Assembly: GCA_028534125.1 (NCBI GenBank)
Contig: CM052817.1
Span: forward strand, 103,666,001 to 103,730,000
Direction of reading: 5' to 3'
DNA from: Lama glama
Lineage: Eukaryota
Length of the DNA: 64,000 bases
Shown here: in pieces, positions 10,978-23,945 of the stretch
Numbering within the stretch: the first letter of the stretch is position 1
How the letters are laid out: every line of letters begins with the position of its first letter
The notes under the pieces: model-generated
Database searches by the model: none
Told to the model about the DNA's origin: nothing
What the model saw: only the letters and a program-made list of their open reading frames with translations
Made by a program: the position numbers and the translations under genes

Positions 10978-13239
10978 ATTGATGCACTTTTATACAATCT
11001 TTCTTCTTAAGAATCCATGGCATTGTTAGGTAGTTCGGTAAGTGGGGGCACCAGGCAGATAGATGGAGAAGAAATGTACTGATCCTGAAGATGGCATTAC
11101 GCCCACCTCCACCTCCTAAATGAGTGCCAGTGAGAAACTTGTTCAAACTCAACAGCCACAACTGCGCAGTAGCGAGAAGGACTTAACTGGACAGGATCCA
11201 ATGCTCATTGTAATATAATTAGCATTGAGGTTTAGGCACCCGTGCCCCATGGGTTTTTCTGTGTGCATCATGGGTAAGGACATGTGCAAAAGGGGACAAG
11301 CATGACTAAGTATTCCAGGGGCAAGAGCTGTCAATCAATCAAGAGACCACCTTTAAGTGAGGGTGTAAGAGAAAGAGGAGACAAAGACCACCACGATTCT
11401 CCCTTGAATCAGTTCACCTCTGACTCTTCTTTTCCTAAATAAATCTTTTAAAATCTTTCTGCTCCACAATGCTTTCTGTCTCCTGTCTGTAAATCTTTCA
11501 GGTAAGACAAGAACTGGAGTCTTTTCCATTTCTCTTTTGGGTAACAGCATTATCATTAGGGAATTTTATCCTCATTTATGCCTTTCTTTGGTTTGCAGAA
11601 TTGAGGAGGCTAAGAGAGGATAAGGCATTATTTGACATCACACAGGAATTAAGCAATGTTCTTGCTTTCTGGAGGGTTGCATAGAATTCGTGGAGGAGGG
11701 GGTTTGATGCTTACACACTGGGGCATCTCGAGGTGAAGAAGAAAACCATTGTGTATACTTCTGTTTTTCCTTTCTACTTAATTAGAATAATCACATGTCA
11801 TTACCTGCTGCTTAATTCAGCAGCTCTAAAATTCAAAGCCCATGTTAGTCTCATTTAACCACAATAGCTCCATTCATTGGAGAACATTTCTTATGTCATC
11901 TTCATGAGTTCTTCACACTTGTCAGATTATGGATAATTTTGTTTTAATGCCTAGACCTAACGGTCCCCATCATTTTTGCTGCTGTTATTAGTGAAGATAA
12001 TAAACTGCTGTTAAATTCTGAAAGATCACTAAAATGACTGTTAGTTTGAGCTCTTTCTCCCTAGGGCATCAATTTGAATTTTTTGTGAACTAAATTTTGC
12101 TTGGTTGTCTGTGTTTGTTGAGGCACGAGTATTTACATCTTGATACAACCTTTTTTTCCTTCTTGAGAAGGAATCCCCAGAGAGTTAACATGCCCCCTTT
12201 CCCACCTCCGTCTGCCCTGCCTCAGGCACGTAAAGGGATATTGGAGACAGAAATGAGAATCTTCTTTCTTGTATTAGGGTGGGAGGAGACAAGCCCTCTG
12301 GGGGAAGAGAAGGGCCTGGCACTGCTGATATATTCCTACTCTTTGGCTCAAATTCTTCCTGAAATAAAGAATTCAAACTTTAGGGATGTTTTAAAACATG
12401 GTATCGATCCCAGGTGAGCAAGGGCATGTCTGGTCTCAGAGCTGCCGATAGCTAATCAAAGCCATGCTATCCTGAATGTGCTGATGTAGGAAATAAGAAC
12501 TTGACCTGTTCAGATCTTACAGAGCACGTAAAAGCTAGTTCACAGCTTGGAATAAAATCCCAGACTTCCTTTGAGAGCACTGTGGGAACAACATGTGACA
12601 TTTTTATAAAAGTAGAAACATTGTGAAGACTTCAGGCGCATCATTGACGTATTTCTGGAGTCTTCTGTCAATGGTGTGGCGAGAACTAATTGCTTAACTC
12701 CTGCTACACTGCTGTCCCCTCAGCATGTCCCACATGAAAACAATCACCTTTCTTGACAGGAGCAAGTAATTATTTCAGAATCGTCGGCTAGAGCGGTGCT
12801 CAGTATAACCAGTCTCCTAAGCCAGTGAGAATCTTTCCTTCGAATTTTGAGGAAGCTGTAAGTTATATTTTATTTTACTCCAGAATGTCTCAAAAATGAA
12901 AGAAGTTATCTCCCTAAAACCCAGTTTCTTATTTCCTCTTAGAAGCAAATTTATGATGTGGGGGAATTCATATGTCCTCGGACAAAATGTGTAGGATTTG
13001 AGAGTCCTGTTTTATCCTCTAGGTTAGTTAGGGACCTGCTTTATTCTGTGTAGAGGAGGGGAGAGTGGATCAGGGCACGAAACAGGAATGAGAAAACAAT
13101 TTTCCTCCTCTCAAGTGTTGAATGTTTACTATGGGTTTTCACTGGTCCACACATTCCGCGGGTTTCCCTGTCATTTATGTCTTTTGCAGTCAAGTAAAGG
13201 AGGCTGAGGCTCTCCTCCTGCAAACGCAGAAGGAAAGGA

Positions 13240-13350
13240 GTGGAGGTGCCGCCAGCCCGGACCCCAGGCAGGGAGGGGGAGGAGCTCCCGGAAGTCCGCG
13301 CTCCTAGGGGGGCGGTGCCTATTAATTCATTGACGCCACATCGTCCCATA
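13240..13350. promoter_or_regulatory. Candidate enhancer or alternative promoter (GC-rich patch)
   Basis: ETS site CCGGAAGT (13288-13295), a GGGGGCGG GC-box/CTCF-like core at ~13301-13316, CRE-like TGACGCCA (13331-13338), and retained CpGs. Confidence 0.35.
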
Positions 13351-13959
13351 AAAATTGCTTTAAGACATTTTTATTTGGCACTCTGAGGGTGTTATACGAC
13401 TCTCAAAATCAAACGATGCCTTTCCCCTCCTCTAAGACTGCTGCTTCCTTACTGTTCCTGAGCTCTATCAGTCAGCAGACTGCTCTAGGCTCCTTGTGTG
13501 GGTAGGATTTCCTTCACAAGGGAAATCAGGATGCATGAAACATGGGTCTTGCTGAGATGAGGTTTTGTCGGTGGAGGGAAGGCAGCCACTGGAGAGCAGT
13601 GAACAGTCAGTCAGGCGCTATGTGATTAAGTGCCACATGAGTAACACAGAGATGTCACGTTACCGCTGCACCTTCGGTGGGCTGGGGCTGCTGGGAGGGC
13701 ACTTGCGTGGGGCCCCGGAAGCAGCTGCAGTGAGGGCTGGAAGATACCCACTGGGGCTCAGAGTCCTTGACTCTCCCTCTAGGCCAGGCTTGAGTGAATC
13801 ACAGGCTCATCCTGTGTCTCAGTTTCCTCACATGCAAGATAAAAAACGTGGAAATAGTTTTGGTGTCTGTCTAGATCAAAGGGTGATACTTCGGGTGAGT
13901 AAGTGTCCTTGGGGTAAGGCTGCCTGTGCAATGAATGGCCTCCTGCTACTCATGGCAAC

Positions 13960-14370
13960 ATCAACGGAGTGTCACTTTGGTGATCAGATTATGATGTAGA
14001 GGGACCTTTCTCTGGCTAGCAGACTCTCTCCTTTGCCACCTTGGTTTGTGCACTTCTGTGAAGTAAGATGCTGTGTTGGAGAGGCTGCAGGCATGGCACT
14101 GAGGGCCGCCTCCAGGCCCGCCGACCAGCAGCCCACAAGGAACTGAAGTCTGCTGGCAACACCGGGCGACCCTGGAAGCAGACCCCTCTCCAGTCGAGCC
14201 TCCACATGAGTCTGCAAACCCTGGCCCATCACCCTAACGCTGGCCTTGTGAGACACCTGGAGGCAGAGGACCAGCTAAGCTGTGTCCAGGTTCCCAGCCC
14301 GCAGAAATCATGGTGGTTTTAACATGCAGTGTTTTTGGGTATTTTGATACTCAGTGGTAAATAATGAATG
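13960..14370 (+). mobile_element. MLT1-type (ERVL-MaLR) solo LTR
   Basis: CAAGGAACTGAAGTCTGC...CTGGAAGCAGACCCCTCTCCAGTCGAGCCTCC...GCCTTGTGAGAC...GCAGAGGACCAGCTAAGC is typical of MLT1 LTRs. Confidence 0.75.
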
Positions 14371-15435
14371 TGCTCGTTTAATTAAAAATATTGTTCAGTA
14401 TCACAAAACACTCCTTGTTATGATGCAGCTTTTATAATGGTATAAATGATGTCTTCCAGGGATTTCTTAAAATCCCTGATCCTTAAAGTTCCAGGTCCTT
14501 GTGCTTGGTCCTGTGTTCTTGCTGGTGCCTTCTTTTCTTAGACTTTCTTCTTCCATGGGTTCAGGGGTGATGCTTGTGTCCAGCCTCCCTCCTGCCTCTG
14601 TCAGGCCTTCTCAGCCCCGTCCAGGTGTGGTGCTCTGGTCTTCACTGTTTGCTCTTTTTCTGTTCACCTCTTAAATATGAGAGGTCAATTATAGGACTTT
14701 CCTGGTCTAAATCTGTGCCTTCTCAGTGTTTCTCTATCCTATACATATGGTTTAAACCAGCATTTCCCAGAGTATGAAATATGAATCATTTCTGGAATGA
14801 GAGATGATTTTAGGGGGTTCACACTCATACAATGAACCAAAATCGAATCCCATGATGGGAATGTCATGTCCATTTCAATGCTTTTTCTATGCAGATTACA
14901 CATGAAATTTGAGCAGCTCCCTACGACAGGCTAACCATACATGGTGATACAGAATGCAGCCCCCAAGAGCAGACCTTCTGACAAGCAGAGACAGAATCTA
15001 ATAGCATCGTATTTATTTTTCTAGTTAGCTTTTATTTATGGCAGGTGACACTGACTTTCTGGTGATAGTAGTAATATTAACTCTTCTCTTAAGTTAGTGT
15101 ATTCAAGTGAAAAAAGAAAACTTATAGGAAAACTCTAAGTGAGTAACAGTGTATGTCGTAGGCAGGTCATGACAGTAGTGGCTGTGCTGTATGAGTGATG
15201 GAGGTTGTACACCGCATTCAGGGCCCTGGAAACCACTCGTGTATCTTAATCCTCAGCTGGTTTATTTAATGGGTCTCAGTGAGTTGACTGTGAGTTCCGA
15301 AATGCAGGGTACGAATGCTGAAAATAAAAAAGAGTGACAGAGTGTTGTTAAATGTCAGAGCTCTGGCTTGAAGATGATCTCACTCAGATTATCCCAATTG
15401 CTCCAGTCTCTCCATCTTTGTGTGGATGGTCCAAA

Positions 15436-15590
15436 ACAGCAGTTCTCAAACTTTAAGGTAGGGACACCAGATTCACACAGAAGACTTTCTAAAGCATAGA
15501 TTGAGCCCTACGCCTCCAGAGTTTCTGATTCAGTAGGGCCTGAGAATTTGCATTTCTGAGTTATTAGAGCCAGAGACCACAGTTGGTCTA
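15436..15590. mobile_element. MER5A-like hAT-Charlie MITE
   Basis: CAGCAGTTCTCAAACTT...CCAGAGTTTCTGATTCAGTAGG...CCTGAGAATTTGCATTTCT. Confidence 0.7.
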
Positions 15591-15984
15591 AGCCAGGTCT
15601 TGAACTAATTACTTATAAATTCTTCAGGGCTTAATTTTTGAAAAGGAAGGTTTTGACTAAGGATAATAGACTCATAACATTTTAGAATTGAAAAAACAAC
15701 AGGTCCTGTGTTTCCTAAAAGCATTATATGGTTTTCACTGGTGGTATTGGAAAAGGATTTAGATGTTATATGAAAAGGATACACTATGTTAATTTTGTTA
15801 TGTACTTATACTAAGGTGAACTAGAAAAACGTGGTCCATCAAACCCCTGATTTTGCTGATTTAAGATGAGGCCTAAGGTGAGTCCATCAAAAATTACTGA
15901 GTAAATAATACTATGGGTTTTTCTTGGATTGTGATGGGGAACATGAATAATGGAATTGGGAAATTCTGGTTTATGCTAATTGCT

Positions 15985-16520
15985 CTGATGACTCCTAAAG
16001 CCATATCTCCTGAATAGATCTTCCTCTTAAACTTCAGTTTCAAAAAAAGCCAATAGTCTAATTGATCCCCCTTAATTCTGTTTATTGTATTTAGTTCAGG
16101 CCTTCAACAATTCTTTCTTTGATCCTGGCAGGGGCTTCCTAATTGCCTTTCCTTCTTCTGCTCTGTTCACTCTCCACACCATTTCTGGGGACATCCCCCT
16201 GAAACAAATAAGAGTACGTTACTCCCATGCCCCCAGTCCATCAGTGGCTTCCTCATGGCTCAGAATAAAGCTCAAATTCCTTAACATCTTACCCAAGCCA
16301 CATGGATCAGTCTTCCACCCTCACCTTCCACTCTTCTCCCACATCTACATGAGAGCCACTTTTACTAAACTACCACACATGTTGGAAAACCTCCCTCCTC
16401 CTCAGCCCCTGGGCCTTTGCACATGCTTGCTGTTGGCCACACATGCCTTTCCTCTGCTGTTTCATATGACTGACTCTTACTTAGTCTTTAAGACTCAGCT
16501 GACCCCAGCCCCCATGGTAA
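15985..16520 (+). mobile_element. L2 LINE fragment
   Basis: C-rich L2 motifs CAGTGGCTTCC...CAGAATAAAGCTCAAATTCCTT and GGGCCTTTGCACATGC...TTTAAGACTCAGCT. Confidence 0.65.
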
Positions 16521-18609
16521 GAAATTGTGATATGTCTATCAGAATATCTATCATGCTATTTTCTACAGTAAAATTTTAAAATCATAAAGTGAATGATTGG
16601 AAGTTTTCCAAATGTTATGAAAGCGTAGAGAAAGTCTTCCTTCCCACCTTTCCCCAGCCTCACTCTTCTCCCTCAAGGTAGCACTGTTAATAGTTCAGTG
16701 TGTTTTCTAGACCTTTTTATCTGCATTTACAAACATACATATAAATAATGGAATCTAAGAAAAAGGTTCAGCGGCTCGCTTTTTTGCATTTCGTATCTCA
16801 TGGGCATCTGTGCTTGTCAGGGCTTGAGAATCTCCCGTATTCTTCCTTTTCTTTAAGGAGAGATCAGGGGAAGAGGCTGACTTTCACTCTTCCAGGGTTC
16901 TTTAGGAATGCAAGAAAAATCTTCACTTCGTGTAGCAACTCGTCTTATTTTTCTTCTTATTTTATGTCCTTGAGAAAATATCTACATTGTTTTCCCAGAG
17001 TAATTTCAAGAGGAATGTAGTAACTGACATTTCTTGTATTATTTATCTATGTGTTCATTTATTTATGTCATCAATCTTTTCCCATCATGATGCACGTTTT
17101 TGTCCTTGTGACCCTCTGTGTTCACCTCTAGGACCCATTCCTTCATTTCATGTATTTGAATGAAACATCAGAGGGTTTCAAGAATATTACTGAGTTCAAT
17201 TCTCACAGTGCTTCCGTGAGCTCAGCGAGATAGAATTATTCCTATTTCACAAGGGGACAGCTGAGGCTTAGGGAAAGTTGCCCAACCACAGACCGAGTGT
17301 TCTGTCCCATGTCTGTCCCTTGTTCAGGACTCACCACTGTGATGTCCCGGCAGGTCTACTCTGAACCCCTGTATTTACTCTTCCACATAAAACGTCTATT
17401 CTGCTTCTTTTTCTTTGGATCAATTAATTTATATTAAAAATATTCACACTCCCAGTGACTTACTATGTTATCCCTCCCGAAGTCATTACTATAGGAGTTG
17501 GTGAAGTAATCTAAAAGAATGAGAATCATGGTAGAAATCACTGGATAAAATAATTTTAATTGGAATAGACCTGGTGCACCCCAATTTTACATAGAAGATC
17601 TGAATCCTTGCCTTTGAGTGAAGTCACACCTATTGCTTATGTGTTAGGAAGACACAGCTCTCACAGATTTTTTTTCTTGGCATATTCTGCTTTGTTTTTT
17701 TTTCCCTTTTTTTTTTTCTCTGATCCATTCCAGTCAATTTTTCAAATAACCCTGAAGGGAAATTCAGTTCGGTTTAGTTTCTTTGAAAACTTTTCTTCAG
17801 AATAGCTTACAAAATTTTTGAAATGTTGGTATGCATTTTCAAAAAACTATTTCATGAAAATGACCAAAGTATTTTCGGAACGTAAACCTCATAACTAGGC
17901 AATGACTACCGAACTCTTGAGTTCTCACTTTAATTCTGTGATTCTGAGATTTTCATTGCTAAAGGGTTGATTGGGGAACCTGACAGTAATGTCCACAAAG
18001 CACTTGGAGGTCTGGAGGGGCCATCTGTTGTTTCAATAAGATCTTCTCTTCCTGTTGTGTGTATATTGCTGTTTACAAACCATGGGATCAGAGGAGGAAT
18101 AAGACTTGCCCCTGGCCAAAAGTTTGCCTTCTCTTCCTTGTGTCTGCATGAAACCATGATTTTTTATTTTCAAGAAAAGTATTAGCACTGAAATCTGTAA
18201 CTTTTATTCAGAAAGAGGACTTTTTTTTTTTAAATAAAGAACCAAGCTTCATCTTTATCTGCAAGACTTTTTCATCCCTGTGGTGCTTGTAAGCACATGT
18301 AGAAAGATGATCAATGATTCTGAGAAGAGGGCAGTGCAGCTTCCTGTTGGGAGTGAGGGGAAGCCAACAGCATCCCTGCCCTGAACAGGGAAAGGGAGCT
18401 GCAGGTAGTGTGAACAGGGTTCTGGGCGAACTAATCAGCTCAGGGGAGGACGGCAGGAGATAGCATCACTGGTTTGCTGTAAATGCGATTGAATAAGCTT
18501 TAGGAAACAAATGAAAAAAGAGAACCCAGAGATTACCTAGAGATGGATCCAGTTTCCCCTGTAATCTCCGCCTGTGAACCAATCCCTCTTTAAATGGTCT
18601 GTCTTGCAA

Positions 18610-18830
18610 TGATAATATGATCAGCTATGGTATAGATGATCGTTTGCCTCCCGAGCATCCACAGGAGCCAGGCTCTGTGCTGAATGTGCTGCACACGGAC
18701 CGATCCCATTTAATCCCTCACACCGCCGGTGGGGCAGGCACCAGACGAGGATGCCGAGCCCCAGCATTAACCATCTGCTCAAGGATGAAGAGCTGTAGGT
18801 GCAGGGGTGTGAGCCAAACCAGCTAGACGT
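18610..18830 (-). mobile_element. MIR fragment
   Basis: GAGCAT...CCAGGCTCTGTGCTGAATGTGCT...CATTTAATCC. Confidence 0.55.
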
Positions 18831-19242
18831 GGTCCCCTCCTGTGCTTAGGCTGGTTGGCTTCTCCAAACCGTGGACTGAGCTGCTGCGCTCTGAGTGTGC
18901 AGTGGGGCTAATGAAAAACCAAGGTTACAGACGAGGAGTCCTCCTGGCTGCCGGGGCCGAACACTGCAGCATTCACAGTACGACTAAGAAAATAAATACT
19001 CCAGGGGCAGCAGTGTGATATTTTAATGTGTAGCGATTATTTAACCCACCAAACTTAGAGGGTATCCACTTTGTGAAGCCCAGTTTATGCAACTGTGTGC
19101 ACTTGCAAGAAATATAAGGGATCCCTGTTTGCTTCTATTTCTTCACGCTATTTTTCCAGCTTTGTGTAGCTGAAGTCTATTCATTTTCACAGGCAGATAT
19201 TCCATTGTATGAATACACTGGACAATTCGCTGTTGAAAGACA

Positions 19243-19353
19243 CATCAAAGAAAATAAAAACGAATATATGTATGTGTATGTATGACTGGGACGTTGTGCT
19301 GTACACCAGAAATTGACACATCGTAACTGACTGTACTTCAGTTAAAAAAAAAA
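19243..19353 (+). mobile_element. Very short lineage-specific L1 3' end
   Basis: GTATGACTGGGACGTTGTGCTGTACACCAGAAATTGACACATCGTAACTGACTGTACTTCAGTT-A10; TSD GAAAGACA at 19235-19242 and 19354-19361. Confidence 0.85.
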
Positions 19354-19746
19354 GAAAGACATCAGTAATTTCCAACTTTCGGATCTTACAGGCAGTTCTG
19401 CTGCGACTGTCCTTACCCACGTCTCCTTATGCACATGCACACTTATTTCTCGAGGGAGTGCCCTTTTTGGGTCATAAGACAAGCACATCTTCAAATTTAG
19501 TCAAAGAGCCCAAACTCTTTACTGAAGTGGCATCACCATTCAGCCTGCCATGAGCAGTAGGAGTGTCCCAACGCTCCACGTCCTTGTCTGCACTTGATGT
19601 TGTCAGACTTTTAATTTTTGCCAATCTGGTAGGTATGAGGTAGAATCTCTTTACGATTTCAATTTGCATTTTCTGTATATATATATATTATATATATATA
19701 TTAAGCTGAGCACTTAATATATTTTTTAGCCATTGGATTTCTTTTT

Positions 19747-19959
19747 TTTTAAAGTTAAGTTGTTTTCCAATCAGCTCTTTTTTTTTCATTTTTCAGTTTT
19801 ATTAGGTAGAATTATTACAGTTTGACAGCACATATACAATATATTGCATGTAAATACATGTACACAATATACTGCGTATATTTTTTAAACTTACATATAT
19901 GTACTGTTTGTTGTTTTTAAGAACGTTTAGAGCTTTAGCTTTTTAAACTTACATAGTTT
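19747..19959 (-). mobile_element. L1 3' terminus (third family) with a ~27-bp 3' transduction
   Basis: TSD TTGGATTTCTTTTT at 19733-19746 and 19960-19973; two poly-T tracts separated by AAAGTTAAGTTGTTTTCCAATCAGCTC. Confidence 0.75.
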
Positions 19960-20540
19960 TTGGATTTCTTTTTTATGAACTTCCTGTTCAAGTTTTCTGT
20001 CTTTTTTTTTTCTATTATGTGTCTTTTTTTCTTTTACGCTTTATAGGCTTTTTTAAAAAAATGGTTTGAATATGAATGCTTATCTGGTTTTGTGTGTTGC
20101 AATAGCTTTTCCTGTTCTTGGTTGTTTTTTTTTTTCCTCTTTATAAATATAAATCTTTTTTCCTGGTGGCTTGTTATGGCTTATTTAAGAAAACTTTTCC
20201 TACCCTGAAGTCACAAATATAGTTTCCTATATCAGGTCCTAAAAGCTTTACACATTTGTCTTGCGCATGAAATGTGTAGCCCATCAAGTGTTGATTCTTG
20301 TATGTGTATGAAACAAAGCTATAATTTCATTATTTTCTGTGTGAGCACATGCTTGTTCCAGAACCATTACTTGAGAGGACGTGATTTCTCTTCTGCCCTG
20401 CCACACCGGCTCAGTTGTAAATCAGGTGTTCAGATACCTGCACATCCACTTCTGGCCTTCTTGTTCTGCATCCCTGGGCGCCTTGTCTCTCCTTGTACTA
20501 ATGCCACAGTCTCCTAATTATCACAGCTTTACGATGTCTT

Positions 20541-20670
20541 TTTAATTTAAAAAAATTTTTTGGGGGGGGGAGGTAATTAGGTTTCTTTCTTTCTTTATTC
20601 TTAGAGGAGGTACTGGGAATTGAACCCCGGACCTCGTGCATGCTCTACGATTTGAGCTGTATCCACCCCC
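20541..20670 (-). mobile_element. vic-1-like SINE with internal deletion
   Basis: GGGGGAGGTAATTAGG tail, then GAGGTACTGGGAATTGAACCCCGGACCTCGTGCATGCT; TSD ACGATGTCTT / ACCATGTCTT. Confidence 0.9.
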
Positions 20671-21219
20671 ACCATGTCTTGATACCTGGTAGAACGTGTC
20701 TTCACACCGAGTTCATCTACGAGCGAGTCTGAGCTCTTCCTGGTCTTTTCCATTCCCACGCAAATCTCGAATGAGCCTGGGACGTTCTGCTCACACACAC
20801 AGATTGATTGTTGCTGGTATGTGGAAGTATTACCACATTACTTTCTTATATGTTGAATTTATATGTTTTGACAGGGAGCTGACGCAATCAGATATGTTCA
20901 GGATGACTCTGGAGGTAATCTGGAAGGACAGATGGGGTGGGAAGCAGAAAGACGAGTGTGTCATTGACTGTAATTAGGATCCGGGAACAGGAGTGTAGGG
21001 GCTGGTTTACGAGCAGTTTTGCAGACAGCAGGGAAGATTGTGGAGCTGTTGCCTTGAAGTGACTGACCTAAGGAAGCAGGCTTTGGGGGAGAAAGATTAC
21101 ATGAATACGCTGAGGAGAAAATAGTGAATCGAAGGAAACTTCTTCAAAACAGGCTGCCCGCAGGCTATGTGCAAACATTTACAACGGTAAAGTTTCAAAA
21201 AAAAAAGAATCAGAATTGT

Positions 21220-21396
21220 CAAACAACAAGGACCTACTGTACAGCACAGGGAACTGTATTCAACATCTTGTAATGACCTATAATGGAAAAGAATCTGAAA
21301 AAGAATGTTATATACACGTATAACTGAACCACTATGCTGTACACCTGAAACTAACACAACACTGTAAATCCACTATACACTTCTGTTTAAAAAAAC
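21220..21396 (+). mobile_element. Artiodactyl-type L1 3' end
   Basis: CAACAAGGACCTACTGTACAGCACAGGGAAC...CTGTACACCTGAAACTAACACAACACTGTAAATC...poly-A; TSD CAGAATTGT at 21211-21219 and 21397-21405. Confidence 0.9.
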
Positions 21397-21516
21397 CAGA
21401 ATTGTAGAGAACCCTGAAAGAACAGGAGATTGGCGGCTGATACAAAACTGGCGACTGACAAATGTGTTAACATAAGGATTATGCCTGCCTCCACTTTGTT
21501 TAATGTTATTTTTCAG

Positions 21517-21570
21517 TTTCTGACATTACCAGCAATAAGTGTTTCAATTTCTACATCCGGTGCCTTTCAG
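21517..21570 (+). other. Candidate 54-nt internal exon
   Basis: Acceptor TTGTTTAATGTTATTTTTCAG and donor CAG|GTAACT; length divisible by 3; two frames open (FLTLPAISVSISTSGAFQ or SDITSNKCFNFYIRCLS). No homology recognised. Confidence 0.3.
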
Positions 21571-23751
21571 GTAACTTGATTTCAGTTTGGAGCCTCATAA
21601 GTCTTGCTGAAAATGCATTCAAATATTTTTCAATTGATAGTATCCTCCAGGGTTTGACTCAGCCTGTGTTTTCTAACAAACTCTTATCATTTTTACTCCT
21701 AAACTGATTTTCATTTTGATATGTTCTTTTAACGAGTTTAAGAAAAGCAGATCACGCAGTGCCTGGACTAGTAAAGTCCACATCTATGTTTGGTCCTGTT
21801 CCTGCTAAACAGCTAATAAGATACGTATTAGTTTGTGACCATCAGTTACTGTTAGGGGAATTCCATCTGCTTTGAAATAGATGAATATTTAATACAGTTA
21901 TTAGCAGTCAGATGCTTCACACTTGAGATCACACTTTACCTCCATTGCGTGGCCTTTCTCACTTTTGAGGGAAATGGGCCTTCTGGAGTGTGACAAATGC
22001 GATTCAAAGTTGTCTGCAACAGGATGTTTTTTAATCTGTCAAAAGCTACGGTAGCTGTGGACCCTCCCTTCTCAGTCTGGGAGTCGTAGGCTTGAGAACT
22101 GCGGATGTAAATTCTCACCTCGGGCATGAGCACGCCAAGTACGGGGAAACCGCTCAGATAACCGCCCAGGGGACATAGCTGAGGGAGACTGCCAGACATT
22201 TTTGAATTTAGTGAATTATAGCCTGATTTTCAAGAGCAATGATTGTATTTGCAAATGAGAGAAGGTGAAAAAGCAAGAGAAATGATAGGAATGTAGGAAT
22301 AAATGCAACTCAGACCCCAGAGATACTAAAACTGTTTGTGTGTGTGTGTGTGTACGTGGGATGCTGATGTGGGTGAGAAAGGTCGTTTTAACTTCTCAGT
22401 TGTTAACGTTTCAGAGTGAAACATCCAATCTCTGAAGCAATGGTGGCAGGATGCCAAGAGAAGAAAGAGACAGAGCCCGGGTGCTGGACGTCCCTAGGAT
22501 GGACAGACAGGCTGACAGACGTGCAGACACCACCAGGCTGTGTCCTTTAGACTTGGGATATAGTGAAAGTCACAAGGCTTGGACTCAGAGCACAGTGACC
22601 ATCTGGATGTGTCGTGTCACCTCTGTGCTCTGCCTTCTCTAGCACCTGGTTTGCTGTGCATCTATGACTCATGCCGCAGTCAAGGTGGATGGAAGAAAAT
22701 TATTCAGCCATCTAAGGTCTCACTTTGAATCTACTGTAGATCCTGTTGTGTTACACAAGTTGTTCTATGTGCCCATTTTTCATCATTCATAAAATGGGTG
22801 TTTCCAAGCAGTGAGCCAGTCACGTGTTCCCATGAGGAACATGGTATTAGGAGTGAAGCTGGCCCCTCAAACCATCTCGAAGTGTCTGAGAAGACTGAGT
22901 CTAACTGGGAGACAGAAACTACATAGTGGGTTAAACAGGAGACGTTCAGTATAAGAATTTTAACTCTAATTAGAGAGTAACTGTAAGATAGAAGGAGACT
23001 CTACCTGGTACCTAAGGGCTGAGGGAGAAAACCCAAGGAAGGCTGCATCTGGGAGGAGTGCAGACTTCTTAGATAAAATGTGCCTTGGCCACCCAACCGT
23101 GGAGAGGTTGGCTGGAGTGGAGTCATGGGCAAACCCCAGGCAGGTGATCAGCGACAGGTGGTGTGGGTGTGCAGTGGGGTTGTGCATGCCAAGGGGGCTG
23201 GGGCCTTCAGAGTGCAGGTTGCAGAGGGACGGTGGTCCGGTCCTGAGGCTTGAGCAGGCTTCCCCAGAGGGCTACACTGCCTGCCTCCCCTACCCGAAGG
23301 CTCTTCCTCTTGCTTAACATCATACTCAGTGCAGAGGAGACATGCTTAAAGGAACCTGTGGTCATAAAGCATTGTCTTCAAGGATGTGTTTGGACTTGTG
23401 AGGCAATAAATTGACAACTGTCACAAGGTCCAGAAGCAGTGGTTCTTTTCAGTCTGTGAAAGGAGGACCCTAAGAGGATGCTGGCAAACACAGCGCTTTT
23501 TTCCTGTTGACAAAAGACTCAAAAACTTTGATATTTCTTCATTGTATTCTGGTGTATTATTTTATGCATTTCTAAGTAAAGTTGAGCAATGCCTCATCTG
23601 TATTTTTTTTTAATAAATGCAAACCTTGGAAAGTGATATTCCAATAAGCATGTCCGAATAACCAAAAGTAATAAGAACATTCAGCCTCTGGAAAACAAGG
23701 AAAGGAATAGAATTCGCAAACCCAGGGAATGCTTCTCATGTTCTCACCTCT

Positions 23752-23908
23752 TTTTTTCTTTTTTTCGTTTTTTAAGCTTTTTTGTTTGTTTGTTTTGTGG
23801 GGGAGGTAGTTAGATTTATTCATTTATTTTTAATAGAGGTCCTGGGGATTGAACCTAGGACCTCGTGCAGGCTAAGCACGTGCTCTACCACTGAGGTATA
23901 CCCTCCCC
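23752..23908 (-). mobile_element. vic-1-like SINE
   Basis: GAGGTCCTGGGGATTGAACCTAGGACCTCGTGCAGGCTAAGCACGTGCTCTACCACTGAGGTATACCCTCCCC plus tail. Confidence 0.92.
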
Positions 23909-23945
23909 TTCAGCTCCTCTTCACAATTCTCTTTCATACCATTTT

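Larger units (their letters stand above)
19165..20860 (-). mobile_element. Old L1M ORF2/3' fragment interrupted by younger inserts
   Basis: ORF 19472-19669 MQIEIVKRFYLIPTRLAKIK resembles the degenerate ORF2 C-terminus; continuity is restored when the inserts are removed. Confidence 0.7.
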
